Shown one piece after another: positions 49,515-59,766 of a stretch of DNA of 64,000 nucleotides. Every line of letters starts with the position of its first letter. Position 1 is the first letter of the stretch. The DNA is from Candidatus Bathyarchaeota archaeon (lineage in GTDB: Archaea > Thermoproteota > CALKCG01 > B24 > DRYS01), in the NCBI GenBank assembly GCA_018396535.1, contig JAGTQC010000002.1:160001-224000 (forward strand). The letters run 5' to 3'. The position numbers were made by a program, and so were the translations under genes. The notes beneath the pieces are model-generated. The model worked only from the letters and a program-made list of their open reading frames with translations, had not been told where the DNA came from and did no database searches.

Positions 49515-50633
49515 CTACCCACCATGATAGAGTATAGAATCATATTCTGATACATCGTATATACGTGCATCTGAAGTTTTAAACCCGACTTTAACTTTAC
49601 AGCCTATTCCAACTTCCATTTCATCCATAACTTTCATCATTATCTTCGTAGCTCCGCAACAGGTTTTTAAGATGTATGTATATCCACCTCTATGGAACAA
49701 TACTTCTTCGACTATAGCATCAAAAACATTCCATCCAGAGTCAGAGGGTGGATCTAACACGATAACATCAGAATCTACACATACGATAACTTCACCTCCA
49801 CTTCTAAGTAGACTTGATGCATCTTCACATAATGGCTTAACCCTAAACTTAAAGCATACATCACTAGACGATCTGAGTAACCCATCATGTGGATCTAGAA
49901 CGTAGGCTCTAAATACATTAACATCTGATAGGAAGTATTCTACGAATAAGTTCTTAGGTTTTCTGCGTAGCTCGTCATATGATCCTACCTGGATAATATA
50001 ACCATTGTTCATTACTGCAATCCTATCAGCCAACTCTACCGCTTCCTCGACATTATTAGTAACATGTACTACAGTCCTACCTAAACTTCTAGCTATACTC
50101 TTTAATTCTTCCCTTAATTCAACGGATAATTTAGCATCTAACTGGCTTAGAGGCTCATCGAGGAGTAAAAGCTCAGCGCCAGTAGCTAAAGCTCTAGCTA
50201 ATGCTACTCTTTGACGCATACCACCCGAGAGTTCGTACGGATAAGAGTCAGCTCTATCTAATAGATGCATGAGGCTAAGCATCTCTTTACAGATCTTCTC
50301 AGCTTCGACGATATCGATGCCTTTCACTAGTAAGGGAAAACAGACGTTATCCCATACAGTCATATGGTTAAAGAGGTTGAAGAACTGAGGAAAATAGCCT
50401 ACCCCCCTCTCTTCGGGAGGCACATTTACCATAGGCTTACCATCGATATATATTTCACCTTTATCAGGGCTTACTATACCAGCTAATATCTTTAGAAGGG
50501 TGGTTTTACCAGCTCCAGTCGGTCCCAATACTACAAAGTATTCTCCTCTACTCACTTCGAAGGATATATCCTTTAAGACGGGTCTACCAGAGTAATACTT
50601 CCATATGTTAGATATCTTTAGGAAGCTATTCAC
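49515..50633 (-). CDS. ABC importer ATPase (CysA/PotA type + TOBE), switch His replaced (VTNN)
   Basis: GPTGAGKTT, LSGGMRQR, LLLDEP. Confidence 0.9.
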   Translation of the reverse strand: MNSFLKISNIWKYYSGRPVLKDISFEVSRGEYFVVLGPTGAGKTTLLKILAGIVSPDKGEIYIDGKPMVNVPPEERGVGYFPQFFNLFNHMTVWDNVCFPLLVKGIDIVEAEKICKEMLSLMHLLDRADSYPYELSGGMRQRVALARALATGAELLLLDEPLSQLDAKLSVELREELKSIARSLGRTVVHVTNNVEEAVELADRIAVMNNGYIIQVGSYDELRRKPKNLFVEYFLSDVNVFRAYVLDPHDGLLRSSSDVCFKFRVKPLCEDASSLLRSGGEVIVCVDSDVIVLDPPSDSGWNVFDAIVEEVLFHRGGYTYILKTCCGATKIMMKVMDEMEVGIGCKVKVGFKTSDARIYDVSEYDSILYHGG

Positions 50634-52326
50634 CAGCTATCACCTTCACTATACCCATAAATACTAGTGAGAAAACTATTAGAATAAGAGTCGAGAATAG
50701 AGCAGCGGGTATAGCTAGCGATTCCACCATAGTTACGACTAACGTTGATACGGTATAGTCGCCACCCATAACTATGAATGTAGCTCCAGTCTCGCCTAGA
50801 GAGTGCGTGAACGATAATATAGCACCTGTTAGGATCCCCCTCTTAAGCATCGGTATAGATATCAATTCGGCTAACTCCATAGGCTTAGCACCAAGAGTTC
50901 TAGCTACATCTTCGCAATCACGTATATCAGATCCTTCGAAAACAGCGATTATAGATTCGACAATGACGGGTACAGAAAACGTCATATGCGTTAACGTTAT
51001 AAGCCATACACCAGGAGTTACTATGTTAAATAGTCTAGGACCCCATAGAAGCATAGAAGATATACCTAAGGCAGACGTAGGTATCACGAGCGGAATCTTA
51101 AGTAAAGTTCTAAGCACCCTTCCAAAGCCGTATTCTTCGATAATGTATACTAACGGTATAGAAATGCATACAGATAAGAACGTGGATAAGCCTGCTACTA
51201 TAAATGATGTTAGTATTGCTCTAGATAGTAGCGATCCATAACCAGCCGGGCTCATAAAAATCTGATAGAGTATACCACCCTCCATCTTACCAGTAAACGG
51301 ATCTTTACCCCAATATAAGAAGGCGGAGTATGAGGTAGAAAATATAGGTAAAACTACGAGTATGAGTAGAAGAATCACCACAAAGGCTTTACCTATTATC
51401 GAGGATAGACTTGAAGAAAGAACTTCCTCCAATACTATTACTCTACGTTCTAGATCTAGCCTAGCTAGAATCTTAGGTAACGAAACCCATCCCTTACGTG
51501 ATAACATCATCTCTAACGGAAGTACTATAGCCCATGTCGAAAGTATAAGTAGGGCTCCTAGAAATGATGCGGTAGCTATCTTAAATTCGAACTCCCATCT
51601 AACGATAGCTACCGCTGCTGTGATGTAAGTACCAGATACTATCATGGTAGCTCCAGTCTCACCTAAAGATCGAGCTAGAGCCATTATAGATCCTGACAAA
51701 AGTGCTGGAAGTGATAATGGTAGAATAACCTTTCTAAAGGATGTGAATGGATTGGCACCCAGTATACGGGAAGCTTCTAATAAGCTAGGTTTTATATCGA
51801 TGAATCTTGCCTGCAGAGGTTTAACCACATATGGAAGGGTTAACGTTACATGAACCAGCAATAACAGGATAGGGATATCGACCACAGGTATCTTACTGGT
51901 TATATCTATAACACCAGTTTTTAACCCGAAAAGGCCTCCTAAACCTAGATTTGTAGTCCAGGATATGAGAGTAGCGAAGCCGAATCCCGATGTAGGCATC
52001 ACAAGTGGAAGAGATACCAGTGTATCTAGTATGGATTTACCTGGAAATCTGCCGTAAGCTAGTATATAGGCTAAGGGTATACCTAGACATACATCTATAA
52101 GAGCTGTTAGGATCGATAGTTTAAACGAAAATATGAGAACAGATTGTATAAGTTTCCAACCGGTATCACCGACTATAGGGTTATCGAATATCTCATAGCG
52201 TATTTCATCCCAGTTCACGGGTATAAAAGATATCAAGAAAACTGAGGGCATAAGCACAAATACAGCTGTAGCTATCAGGATCGCTATCTTTAAAATCAAA
52301 CCACCTTTACGGTATAGAGAAGCCAT
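50626..52326 (-). CDS. Fused two-domain ABC permease, ModB/CysT/WtpB-like
   Basis: Two EAA loops (EASRILGA, DVARTLGA), each followed by SLGETGAT. Confidence 0.88.
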   Translation of the reverse strand: MASLYRKGGLILKIAILIATAVFVLMPSVFLISFIPVNWDEIRYEIFDNPIVGDTGWKLIQSVLIFSFKLSILTALIDVCLGIPLAYILAYGRFPGKSILDTLVSLPLVMPTSGFGFATLISWTTNLGLGGLFGLKTGVIDITSKIPVVDIPILLLLVHVTLTLPYVVKPLQARFIDIKPSLLEASRILGANPFTSFRKVILPLSLPALLSGSIMALARSLGETGATMIVSGTYITAAVAIVRWEFEFKIATASFLGALLILSTWAIVLPLEMMLSRKGWVSLPKILARLDLERRVIVLEEVLSSSLSSIIGKAFVVILLLILVVLPIFSTSYSAFLYWGKDPFTGKMEGGILYQIFMSPAGYGSLLSRAILTSFIVAGLSTFLSVCISIPLVYIIEEYGFGRVLRTLLKIPLVIPTSALGISSMLLWGPRLFNIVTPGVWLITLTHMTFSVPVIVESIIAVFEGSDIRDCEDVARTLGAKPMELAELISIPMLKRGILTGAILSFTHSLGETGATFIVMGGDYTVSTLVVTMVESLAIPAALFSTLILIVFSLVFMGIVKVIAGE

Positions 52327-52332
52327 AACCGT

Positions 52333-53472
52333 TTATCCTCCAGCTCTAACTTTACTCCAGAATGCGAATAAACCCTCGAGAAACTCGCTAGAAGGTATAG
52401 TTGTATAGGTAGGCACATCTATGTAGAATTTAACACCGTTACTAGGATCGAATATACTTGTATCCATCTTTATGCCTTCCACACTTGGTCTAAACCCGTT
52501 TCTCATAGCTTCTATCTGAGAATACTCGCTTAGAAGGAAGGTTAGATAAATCTCAGCTAACCGTTTCTCTTCATCACTTACCCATGGAGCATTAAGTATA
52601 ACGTAAGGATGATCACATAGGAAAACACCTTCACTCGGATATATAGCTATAAGCTGATCATCCCACCTACTTTTAGCTGCAAGCGAATTATCTATTACAA
52701 CATTCTCATATACTATGAATATCTGTATAGCCTGAGGACCACTTTCAGCAGCCCATCTACCAAAGAACCCTGTACTCTTACCATACTTAACTGCAAGTCT
52801 CTCTAGGGATGCTACCCTTCTTTGAACAGATGGATCCATAAGATCTTCTATAGTTAGCATAGATATAGGTTTACCAGCTGCCGCAGCTACCTCCATAAGT
52901 AGAGCTGTTATACCACCATTACTTAACATGGGATCTGGATGACCATATCTAAATTCTACACCATTTTCGATTATACGGTATAGATCGCTTAAACCTGTTA
53001 TATTATAGCGTTCTGAGAATGATTTCCATATAGCGATAACTGTTGGAGAGTATACCAGAGGTATACCGTTTAGAGCTAGATCGTAGGCGTATCCTAAAGC
53101 TCTCCATTTAGAATTAAGATATGGTATCCATAACGATGATGCTGGACTCCAAGCGGTAGGCTTAACAACTCCATGTAGTATTAGGTTTACAGTTTCATGC
53201 GAACCAGCTACGATAAGCTTAACCCTAACATTCAATCCAAAAGATTCTCTAACCCACCTTTCAAATATAGGTGTCACCGTTTCTATCCAACTCTGTTTCT
53301 CACTAGTATAGAGGAAAGTTATCTCTAGCATATCGGTTGGGGTTAACTTGAGAAAATAGAGAATAGAAGAAAGCGAATATACAGCAGAAATTAGAAGGAA
53401 GAGTAGGAAGCCTATGATAACACCTAGTATAAACATGAGATACCCGCGTCTACCATATCCACGGCGTCTCAT
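52333..53472 (-). CDS. Membrane-anchored substrate-binding protein (family usually fused to vWA domains)
   Basis: N-terminal TM anchor; SEK, WSPASS, SPxVIA, HPDPxxSNGG, STG, YEN, IYPxEG..DHP, GFRP motifs. Confidence 0.75.
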   Translation of the reverse strand: MRRRGYGRRGYLMFILGVIIGFLLFLLISAVYSLSSILYFLKLTPTDMLEITFLYTSEKQSWIETVTPIFERWVRESFGLNVRVKLIVAGSHETVNLILHGVVKPTAWSPASSLWIPYLNSKWRALGYAYDLALNGIPLVYSPTVIAIWKSFSERYNITGLSDLYRIIENGVEFRYGHPDPMLSNGGITALLMEVAAAAGKPISMLTIEDLMDPSVQRRVASLERLAVKYGKSTGFFGRWAAESGPQAIQIFIVYENVVIDNSLAAKSRWDDQLIAIYPSEGVFLCDHPYVILNAPWVSDEEKRLAEIYLTFLLSEYSQIEAMRNGFRPSVEGIKMDTSIFDPSNGVKFYIDVPTYTTIPSSEFLEGLFAFWSKVRAGG

Positions 53473-53648
53473 ATCCTTTAAACCCTTCCTCAGCTAATCT
53501 TTATCAAACCCTGTTTAAGCGTATCTAAGGGTTAGATTCTGAAAGAGAGATCTTCATAACTTTTATGCATACCTCGTTTATTTCTCTATTTTTTATATAC
53601 TCTACGAACTCTTAAATATCTTACCTAGGATAACCTGATAATATCTAG

Positions 53649-54326
53649 GTGGGTTTAAACTTGGCTTCAGGGCTTATAGGATGGCTATACGGTAGAAGGA
53701 AGAGCAGGCTTATATCAAGTGTTGTGAGACATTTAGAGTTAGCTACCAGATGCGTGGAAGATATATCTGAAGCTACACATAGAGCTCTAAATAACGATAA
53801 TCCTATCGATATACTCGAATTGTTGAACGAGAAGGAGAGAGAAGCCGATACGTATAGAAGGAGTATAATCTATGAGCTTTCTAAGAGCGAATTAACAGCG
53901 GAGGATAAGGATGATCTAAGCCATCTAGTAAAGAGAGTTGATATGATAGCTGATTATGCTAGAGGTGCCGGGAGAATATTATCTATCCTACCTAAACTCG
54001 GAGATCTACCAGTAGAGCTTAAATCATGTATAAGGGATATGGTTGAGCTACTAGTTAAGTGTGGTCAAGCTACACGTAGATGCGTTGAAACACTATTAGA
54101 GGATAAGGAGGAGGCGTTGAAGTATGCTGATAAAGTCGAGGAGATAGAAGAAGGTATCGATGAAGTCTATGGTCGATGTCGTAGACTCATAGTGGATAAC
54201 TCGGATAAGATGCCGGTTGCACATATAATCTTTCTTGTACAATTCCTAGATGCCTTAGAGAATACTGCGGATAGCTGTGAGGATACGGTCGATCAGGTTA
54301 GAGTTATAGCTATACATATAGGCTAG
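53649..54326 (+). CDS. DUF47/PhoU-like phosphate transport regulator
   Basis: EREAD, DMIADY, EEGIDE, LENTADSCED repeated acidic helices. Confidence 0.88.
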   Translation: MGLNLASGLIGWLYGRRKSRLISSVVRHLELATRCVEDISEATHRALNNDNPIDILELLNEKEREADTYRRSIIYELSKSELTAEDKDDLSHLVKRVDMIADYARGAGRILSILPKLGDLPVELKSCIRDMVELLVKCGQATRRCVETLLEDKEEALKYADKVEEIEEGIDEVYGRCRRLIVDNSDKMPVAHIIFLVQFLDALENTADSCEDTVDQVRVIAIHIG

Positions 54327-54372
54327 ATTTCACATCTATATCTTATGCATCAAAGTTGAAGGGTGCTGAAGC

Positions 54373-54633
54373 ATGTATAACCAGGTTACGATGATATCTA
54401 ATCAGAAACCTAAACTTATAGGTGCTCTTCTATTCGCTATTAGCATAGTATTCATAGCACTTCAAACTATACTTCTATTCTTCGTACCAGAGAACTTGAG
54501 TCTACTAGGAAAACCTATAAGCTGGTGGGCTCTAGCAGTACCAGTTTATCTAATAGTCGTTCTATTCTGGCTTGTAATCCTATGGATTGGATGGATTCTA
54601 ATGATGGAGAAAAGGATTCCATCAAGCGGATAA
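54373..54633 (+). CDS. Small 2-TM membrane protein
   Basis: Two hydrophobic helices, C-terminal WIGW motif. Confidence 0.6.
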   Translation: MYNQVTMISNQKPKLIGALLFAISIVFIALQTILLFFVPENLSLLGKPISWWALAVPVYLIVVLFWLVILWIGWILMMEKRIPSSG

Positions 54634-54654
54634 CCTCGATTAAACCCTGAGATT

Positions 54655-56412
54655 TCATACAGGAATACCTAATTCGCTGAAGCTAACCCTACCCTCAAAA
54701 TAAATTCTAAGTTTATCTACAAGGTTAAGGGTATCTACCCTTACCTGACGCCACGTATCTCTATCTCTAAGAGTTACTGTACCATCTTCTAAGCTCCTAT
54801 AATCCACTGTTACAACTATCGGTATACCGATCTCATCAGCTCTCGCATACCTCCTCCCTATAGACCCGGATTCATCGTATTCAACCCTAAATCCTGCATC
54901 CTTTATAGATCTATAGATTTGGTAAGCCTTCTCTGGAAGACCATCCCTAGAAAGTAGTGGGTAGACCGCTATCTGTATAGGAGCTAGATCCTTAGGTAGC
55001 TTCAAAACTATACGTCCATCAACCTCGCTATAAGCGTACTCTAAAACTACGTAAAGCATCCTCTCTACACCGAAGCTAGGTTCGACTACATGTGCTATGA
55101 ATTTACGTCCACTCTCCTCATAATCCTCTTCGATGAATCTGATATCGCTAGACTCTATCCTATACCCTTCGATCTCTATCCACCCTTTCTCGGATACAGC
55201 TCTCTTAACATCGTATGGATCCATCCTACTTAGAGTAGCGATTATGGTCTTAGCCTCCTCCCTATACTTAGATCCTATCGATCTATAATCAGGTTTGACT
55301 ACAAGTTTCTTAGCCTTGATAGGGCTAGGATACTGTTTAAATACCGTAAGTTCTACTCCACTAAACCTTTGATGTCTACTTAGATCATAGTCTGTCCTAT
55401 AGTTGTGTCCAGAAACTTCAACCCAACCCCACCTAGATAGGTATACCTCCTGATCGAAGCCTTGTATAGAGTAATGCGCTCTCTCCGAATCAAGCTTCTC
55501 TATAAACCTCTGCTTATCATCGGGAACACCGAGTTCTCTGAGAAATCTCTTCGCAAGAGCCATAAAGTATGCGAGCCATTCGAGTTTGATTAAACCTTTA
55601 CCGATAGCTTCACCTACTGTTATAGTTATGGGTTCATCCAGCCCTTTAATCCTCTGTTCTGCTGTTAGTATTCTGAGCTCCTCGTTTTCTACTTCGCTTA
55701 TATATGGGCATGATCTATCCTCTGGATCGAAGAAGAATTCGAATTCAGCTATCGTAAACTCTCTAAGCCTTATAGGCCCCTGTCTAGGAGATATCTCATT
55801 CCTCAGAACCCTGCCTATCTGAGCTACACCAAATGGTAGGCTACCCCTATTATACTCTAATAACCTCTTAAACGCTATGAATATACCCTGAGCGGTTTCA
55901 GGTCTAGCATAACCTATATCACCAGATAGGGGTCCTATCCTAGTTTCGAACATAGTGAGAAAGTATTCTGGTTTACCAAGTTTAGAACCGCATTGAGGAC
56001 ATCTGATATCGTAGTTATAGACGAGCTTCTCTAGATCATCTAGCCCTAATCCTTCGAGTCTACTATCAGGTATGTTAACCGAGTCTTTTATAAGATGATC
56101 GAGTCTATAAGCTCTACCACAGCCCGTACATACGGTCATAGGATCTTTAAAATGTTCTAGATGACCAGATGCTTCAAATACTATTTTAGGAGATACTATA
56201 GGCGTCTCTATCTCTAGTAATCCAAGGCGATCTACGAAGAATCTCCTCCACTTATCCTCTATCCTCCTCTTGAGTATAACTCCTAGAGGTCCTAGATCTA
56301 TGAATCCTCTTACACCACCATATATCTCGTATGAATGCCATATGAAGCCTCTACGTCTAGCTAGATCCATAACCCTATCGTATAGATCCTCCATAGATAT
56401 ACCCTCTACCAT
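54655..56412 (-). CDS. glyS: Glycine--tRNA ligase (homodimeric type)
   Basis: EIYGG, RPETAQG, RNEISPR, REF, EPSFG, GSIGRRYAR. Confidence 0.96.
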   Translation of the reverse strand: MVEGISMEDLYDRVMDLARRRGFIWHSYEIYGGVRGFIDLGPLGVILKRRIEDKWRRFFVDRLGLLEIETPIVSPKIVFEASGHLEHFKDPMTVCTGCGRAYRLDHLIKDSVNIPDSRLEGLGLDDLEKLVYNYDIRCPQCGSKLGKPEYFLTMFETRIGPLSGDIGYARPETAQGIFIAFKRLLEYNRGSLPFGVAQIGRVLRNEISPRQGPIRLREFTIAEFEFFFDPEDRSCPYISEVENEELRILTAEQRIKGLDEPITITVGEAIGKGLIKLEWLAYFMALAKRFLRELGVPDDKQRFIEKLDSERAHYSIQGFDQEVYLSRWGWVEVSGHNYRTDYDLSRHQRFSGVELTVFKQYPSPIKAKKLVVKPDYRSIGSKYREEAKTIIATLSRMDPYDVKRAVSEKGWIEIEGYRIESSDIRFIEEDYEESGRKFIAHVVEPSFGVERMLYVVLEYAYSEVDGRIVLKLPKDLAPIQIAVYPLLSRDGLPEKAYQIYRSIKDAGFRVEYDESGSIGRRYARADEIGIPIVVTVDYRSLEDGTVTLRDRDTWRQVRVDTLNLVDKLRIYFEGRVSFSELGIPV

Positions 56413-56496
56413 GTAACCTAGATTCTGAGAGATAGCTTATTATTAAACTGAACACTCTCTCCTTTATATGTCTAAACTCTGTATGAGGTTAAGTAG

Positions 56497-57240
56497 ATGA
56501 GGATTAGGAGAGGATCAGCTGATAAGCCTAGTAGGATGCAGGATATAGTAGAAGTCGTATACGATGAAGGTAGATGGAGGCTTCTATCGAATCTAAGATC
56601 CGAAGCTAGGGGTATACTAGAAGCGTTGCATAGGTATGGTGTAGATGGTTATATACATGGTAGTATAGCTAGAGGTGATGTAGATGAGTATAGCGATATA
56701 GATGTAGTTATACCTATAGTGGTAGGATCGCATAGAGTCGAGCTTGCTCTAGCTAATAGTGGGTATAGGATAGAAGCTAAAAGGATCGTTCAAGCTACAC
56801 CTAGGAGAGCTATAAAGGCGCATATATATCTAGATCTAGAGGGTAGGGTATGCGTAACATTCCCCCTAGTTAAGTTTACTAGGTTAGAATGGGAGTTTTA
56901 CAAGTTCGGCGGTATATTAGATTTGAATGGAGTATTAGCTGGATCGAGGGTTCCAGGTGTATCTAAGAGGTTAACTATGGTAGAGCCTACTAGCTACGGT
57001 CATATAGAGTATTCTATACTAGGATTTGAATCAGAAGCAGCTAGAAAGCTCGGTGTAAGTGAGGATATCGTTCGCGAAAGGATAGAGGTATTGACTAGAA
57101 GGGATAGGATAGGTAGGACTGGAGTATACCTATCCGAAGATATACCTATCGATGAGAGTTTCGAAGAAGCTTTAAGAGATATAGCATCTAGAGACCCGGC
57201 TGTTAGAAGGAAGATTAGGTCATCGATATATGAGGAGTGA
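56497..57240 (+). CDS. Pol-beta-type nucleotidyltransferase (archaeal COG2413-like)
   Basis: GSIARGD...SDID, EFYKFGG, RVPGVSKRL, GRTGVY. Confidence 0.82.
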   Translation: MRIRRGSADKPSRMQDIVEVVYDEGRWRLLSNLRSEARGILEALHRYGVDGYIHGSIARGDVDEYSDIDVVIPIVVGSHRVELALANSGYRIEAKRIVQATPRRAIKAHIYLDLEGRVCVTFPLVKFTRLEWEFYKFGGILDLNGVLAGSRVPGVSKRLTMVEPTSYGHIEYSILGFESEAARKLGVSEDIVRERIEVLTRRDRIGRTGVYLSEDIPIDESFEEALRDIASRDPAVRRKIRSSIYEE

Positions 57241-57246
57241 ATAGGT

Positions 57247-58371
57247 ATGGATGGATTACCGATACTAATCCTATCAGCTCTGATGCTATCGCTACTATAC
57301 ATCGTATCTAGAAGGATAGATCTATCTAGATACGGGTTGGAAGTAGGACCGGTATACATAATGTTGAAGACGGAGAAGGCTATAAAACTACTCGATAGAT
57401 TAGCAGCTACCTCTAAGATGTTCTGGATAGTATACGGTAGGATAGGAGAGTATATAGGTATACCTCTATCAGTATCAGCTATGATATTCCTATCATGGAA
57501 TCTAGCAAGCTTCATAGTACCTGGAGGGGAGCCTAGCCCGATACTACCATTCCTACCTGGGGTAACTGTGGATATAGAGCTATTTCTATACCTCCTTATA
57601 CCTGTAGCTATAGCTATGCTCATACATGAGTTAGCTCATGGAGTTGTGATGAAGATCGAGAATATACCTGTGAAGAGCGCAGGCATATTCCTAGCTCTAC
57701 TATTCCTAGGAGCATTCGTCGAACCTGAGGAGGAATCCTATAGTAGAGCTGATAGGAGGATTCGGAGACGTATACTAGGAGCTGGTTCGTTAGCTAACCT
57801 TATGCTAGGTATAGCATCCATAATCCTCTACTCTACGTTATTCACAGCTCCTGAAGGACTTATAATCGCTGAGGTAGAATCTAGTAGTCCATTGAGGAGT
57901 CTAGGTGTTGATCGGTGGACGGTTGTATATTCTGTAGATGGCGTGAAGATGACTAGTATAAGAGAGTTTATGGATTATCTTAGAGGTAGGATCGATAGTT
58001 ACGTAACCATATATACTAGTACCGGATCCTATACTGTGAAGGTTTCTAGAGATCTAAGCTATGGCATAGGTGTAAGGCTATACTCTCAACCATATAGGAG
58101 GCTTCTAGGCTTGGATATAGCTCCGCTAAACTTCTACATCTCCATACTCCTAGCTGGGTTATACTTAGTGAATATAAGCCTAGCATTATTCAATATGCTT
58201 CCACTATACCCTCTAGATGGTGAAGGTTATATACTCAGCTTCCTACATCTCGGCGGTGATACTGGAAGGATTATCAGGATATCTATGAATATACTTATGC
58301 TTATACTACTCGTATCGAATATAGGTTTAACGGTTACTAGGATAGGATACTTGATAACGGTGAAGCCTTGA
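57247..58371 (+). CDS. Site-2 protease (M50) with PDZ-like insert
   Basis: HELAH, GAFVEP, NMLPLYPLDG. Confidence 0.9.
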   Translation: MDGLPILILSALMLSLLYIVSRRIDLSRYGLEVGPVYIMLKTEKAIKLLDRLAATSKMFWIVYGRIGEYIGIPLSVSAMIFLSWNLASFIVPGGEPSPILPFLPGVTVDIELFLYLLIPVAIAMLIHELAHGVVMKIENIPVKSAGIFLALLFLGAFVEPEEESYSRADRRIRRRILGAGSLANLMLGIASIILYSTLFTAPEGLIIAEVESSSPLRSLGVDRWTVVYSVDGVKMTSIREFMDYLRGRIDSYVTIYTSTGSYTVKVSRDLSYGIGVRLYSQPYRRLLGLDIAPLNFYISILLAGLYLVNISLALFNMLPLYPLDGEGYILSFLHLGGDTGRIIRISMNILMLILLVSNIGLTVTRIGYLITVKP

Positions 58372-59312
58372 AGTGTATTAGATGCGGAGGGGAGGCTGTA
58401 TATCGGAGAGTATACTCTGGAGAGGTATACTGTGCTAGACACTTCGTATCATCTATAGAGGATAAGGTTAGATCTACTATCAGAAGATATAGGATGCTGG
58501 ATATAGATGATAGGATAGCGGTAGGGGTATCTGGTGGAAAGGATAGTTTAACACTCCTAAGAATACTAGCGAAGATAGAGAAGAGCTTCCCTAAAGCTAA
58601 GCTATACGCTATAACTATCGATGAAGGTATAGAAGGATATAGGAGCGGATCTATAGAGCTAGCATCTAGAGAAGCATCTAGACTAGGAGTTGAGCATATA
58701 GTAGTATCCTTTGAAGAACTGTATGGTTCAACCCTAGATTCTATGGTTGAGGAGGCTGGTAGGAGGGGGTTGAAGCTTACACCATGCAGTATATGCGGGG
58801 TATTGAGGCGTAAAGCTCTAAACTATACGGCATCTAGGATAGGTGTGGATAAGCTTGCTACAGCTCATAACCTAGATGATGAAGCTCAAACATTCATAGT
58901 GAATATACTACATGGAGATCTATTCAGGCTAGTACGTACCAAGCCTGTAACAGATTATAGGAAGGGGTTTGTACAGAGGATAAAGCCTCTTAGAGAGATA
59001 CCTGAGAAGGAGATAGCGTTATACGCCTACCTTGAGGGTATAGAGTTTCAATCCGAGCCATGCCCCTATAGGGGTGTATCTCTTAGAAGCGATGTTAGGA
59101 TGTTCCTTAATATCATGGAGGATAAGCATCCAGGTATAAAATTCACTGTGGTTAGGATGTGGGATAGTATAAGATCGGTTATAGAAGAGAATCTACCAGA
59201 GGTTGAGCTTAGGAGATGTAGGTTATGCGGGGATCCATCGATATCTGATATATGCTCAGGATGTAGTATACTAGTATCCCTTGGTTTAAGAAGTTATCAA
59301 CCCCTAACCTGA
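58368..59312 (+). CDS. TtuA/Ncs6-family tRNA 2-thiolation enzyme (TIGR00269-like)
   Basis: N-terminal CxxC..CxxH zinc finger, SGGKDS PP-loop, CSICG, HNLDD, CPY, C-terminal zinc finger. Confidence 0.9.
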   Translation: MKCIRCGGEAVYRRVYSGEVYCARHFVSSIEDKVRSTIRRYRMLDIDDRIAVGVSGGKDSLTLLRILAKIEKSFPKAKLYAITIDEGIEGYRSGSIELASREASRLGVEHIVVSFEELYGSTLDSMVEEAGRRGLKLTPCSICGVLRRKALNYTASRIGVDKLATAHNLDDEAQTFIVNILHGDLFRLVRTKPVTDYRKGFVQRIKPLREIPEKEIALYAYLEGIEFQSEPCPYRGVSLRSDVRMFLNIMEDKHPGIKFTVVRMWDSIRSVIEENLPEVELRRCRLCGDPSISDICSGCSILVSLGLRSYQPLT

Positions 59313-59620
59313 CCGTAGCGTCTAGGACGCTCCATATTCATCCTCCACTTATCTATGAATAACCTATCTACATCTATCTCGATACCCTGAGTCTTCTCCA
59401 CCAAGCCTATGAAATCTAGGATGTAGAATATGGTATCGATAAGCTCTTCGCATACCTTAAGCCAATCCATACCCTTCTTATAAGCATCAGCAGCTTCACC
59501 TAACTCTACGAAAGCCCATAGAAGCTTCTGGGTTAGAGCAGGTTCATCGTTAGGGAAGCCCTTAGCTTCCACTAGTTCTCTAACCATCCTCTTAGCTTCG
59601 TTAAAGCTTAGATTACACAT
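59297..59620 (-). CDS. MazG-like NTP pyrophosphohydrolase
   Basis: ELGE...EELID acidic motif. Confidence 0.75.
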   Translation of the reverse strand: MCNLSFNEAKRMVRELVEAKGFPNDEPALTQKLLWAFVELGEAADAYKKGMDWLKVCEELIDTIFYILDFIGLVEKTQGIEIDVDRLFIDKWRMNMERPRRYGQVRG

Positions 59621-59766
59621 ACCTAGATCGCTAGATTATTTTAGGAGGATTTAAGGTTGTAGTTGAGGTTTAGTATATTCTAGGAGGGCCCCCTCTGGTT
59701 TTTCCATAATTTCCCCTATGGCTCCCATCCATAGCCTATCCATAGATCTGTATATAGATCGTTTAT

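Noticed and set aside
59640-59766. Short hairpins and a 30-codon minus-strand ORF between MazG and MFS
   Set aside because: Too short and motif-free to distinguish from chance in a palindrome-rich genome
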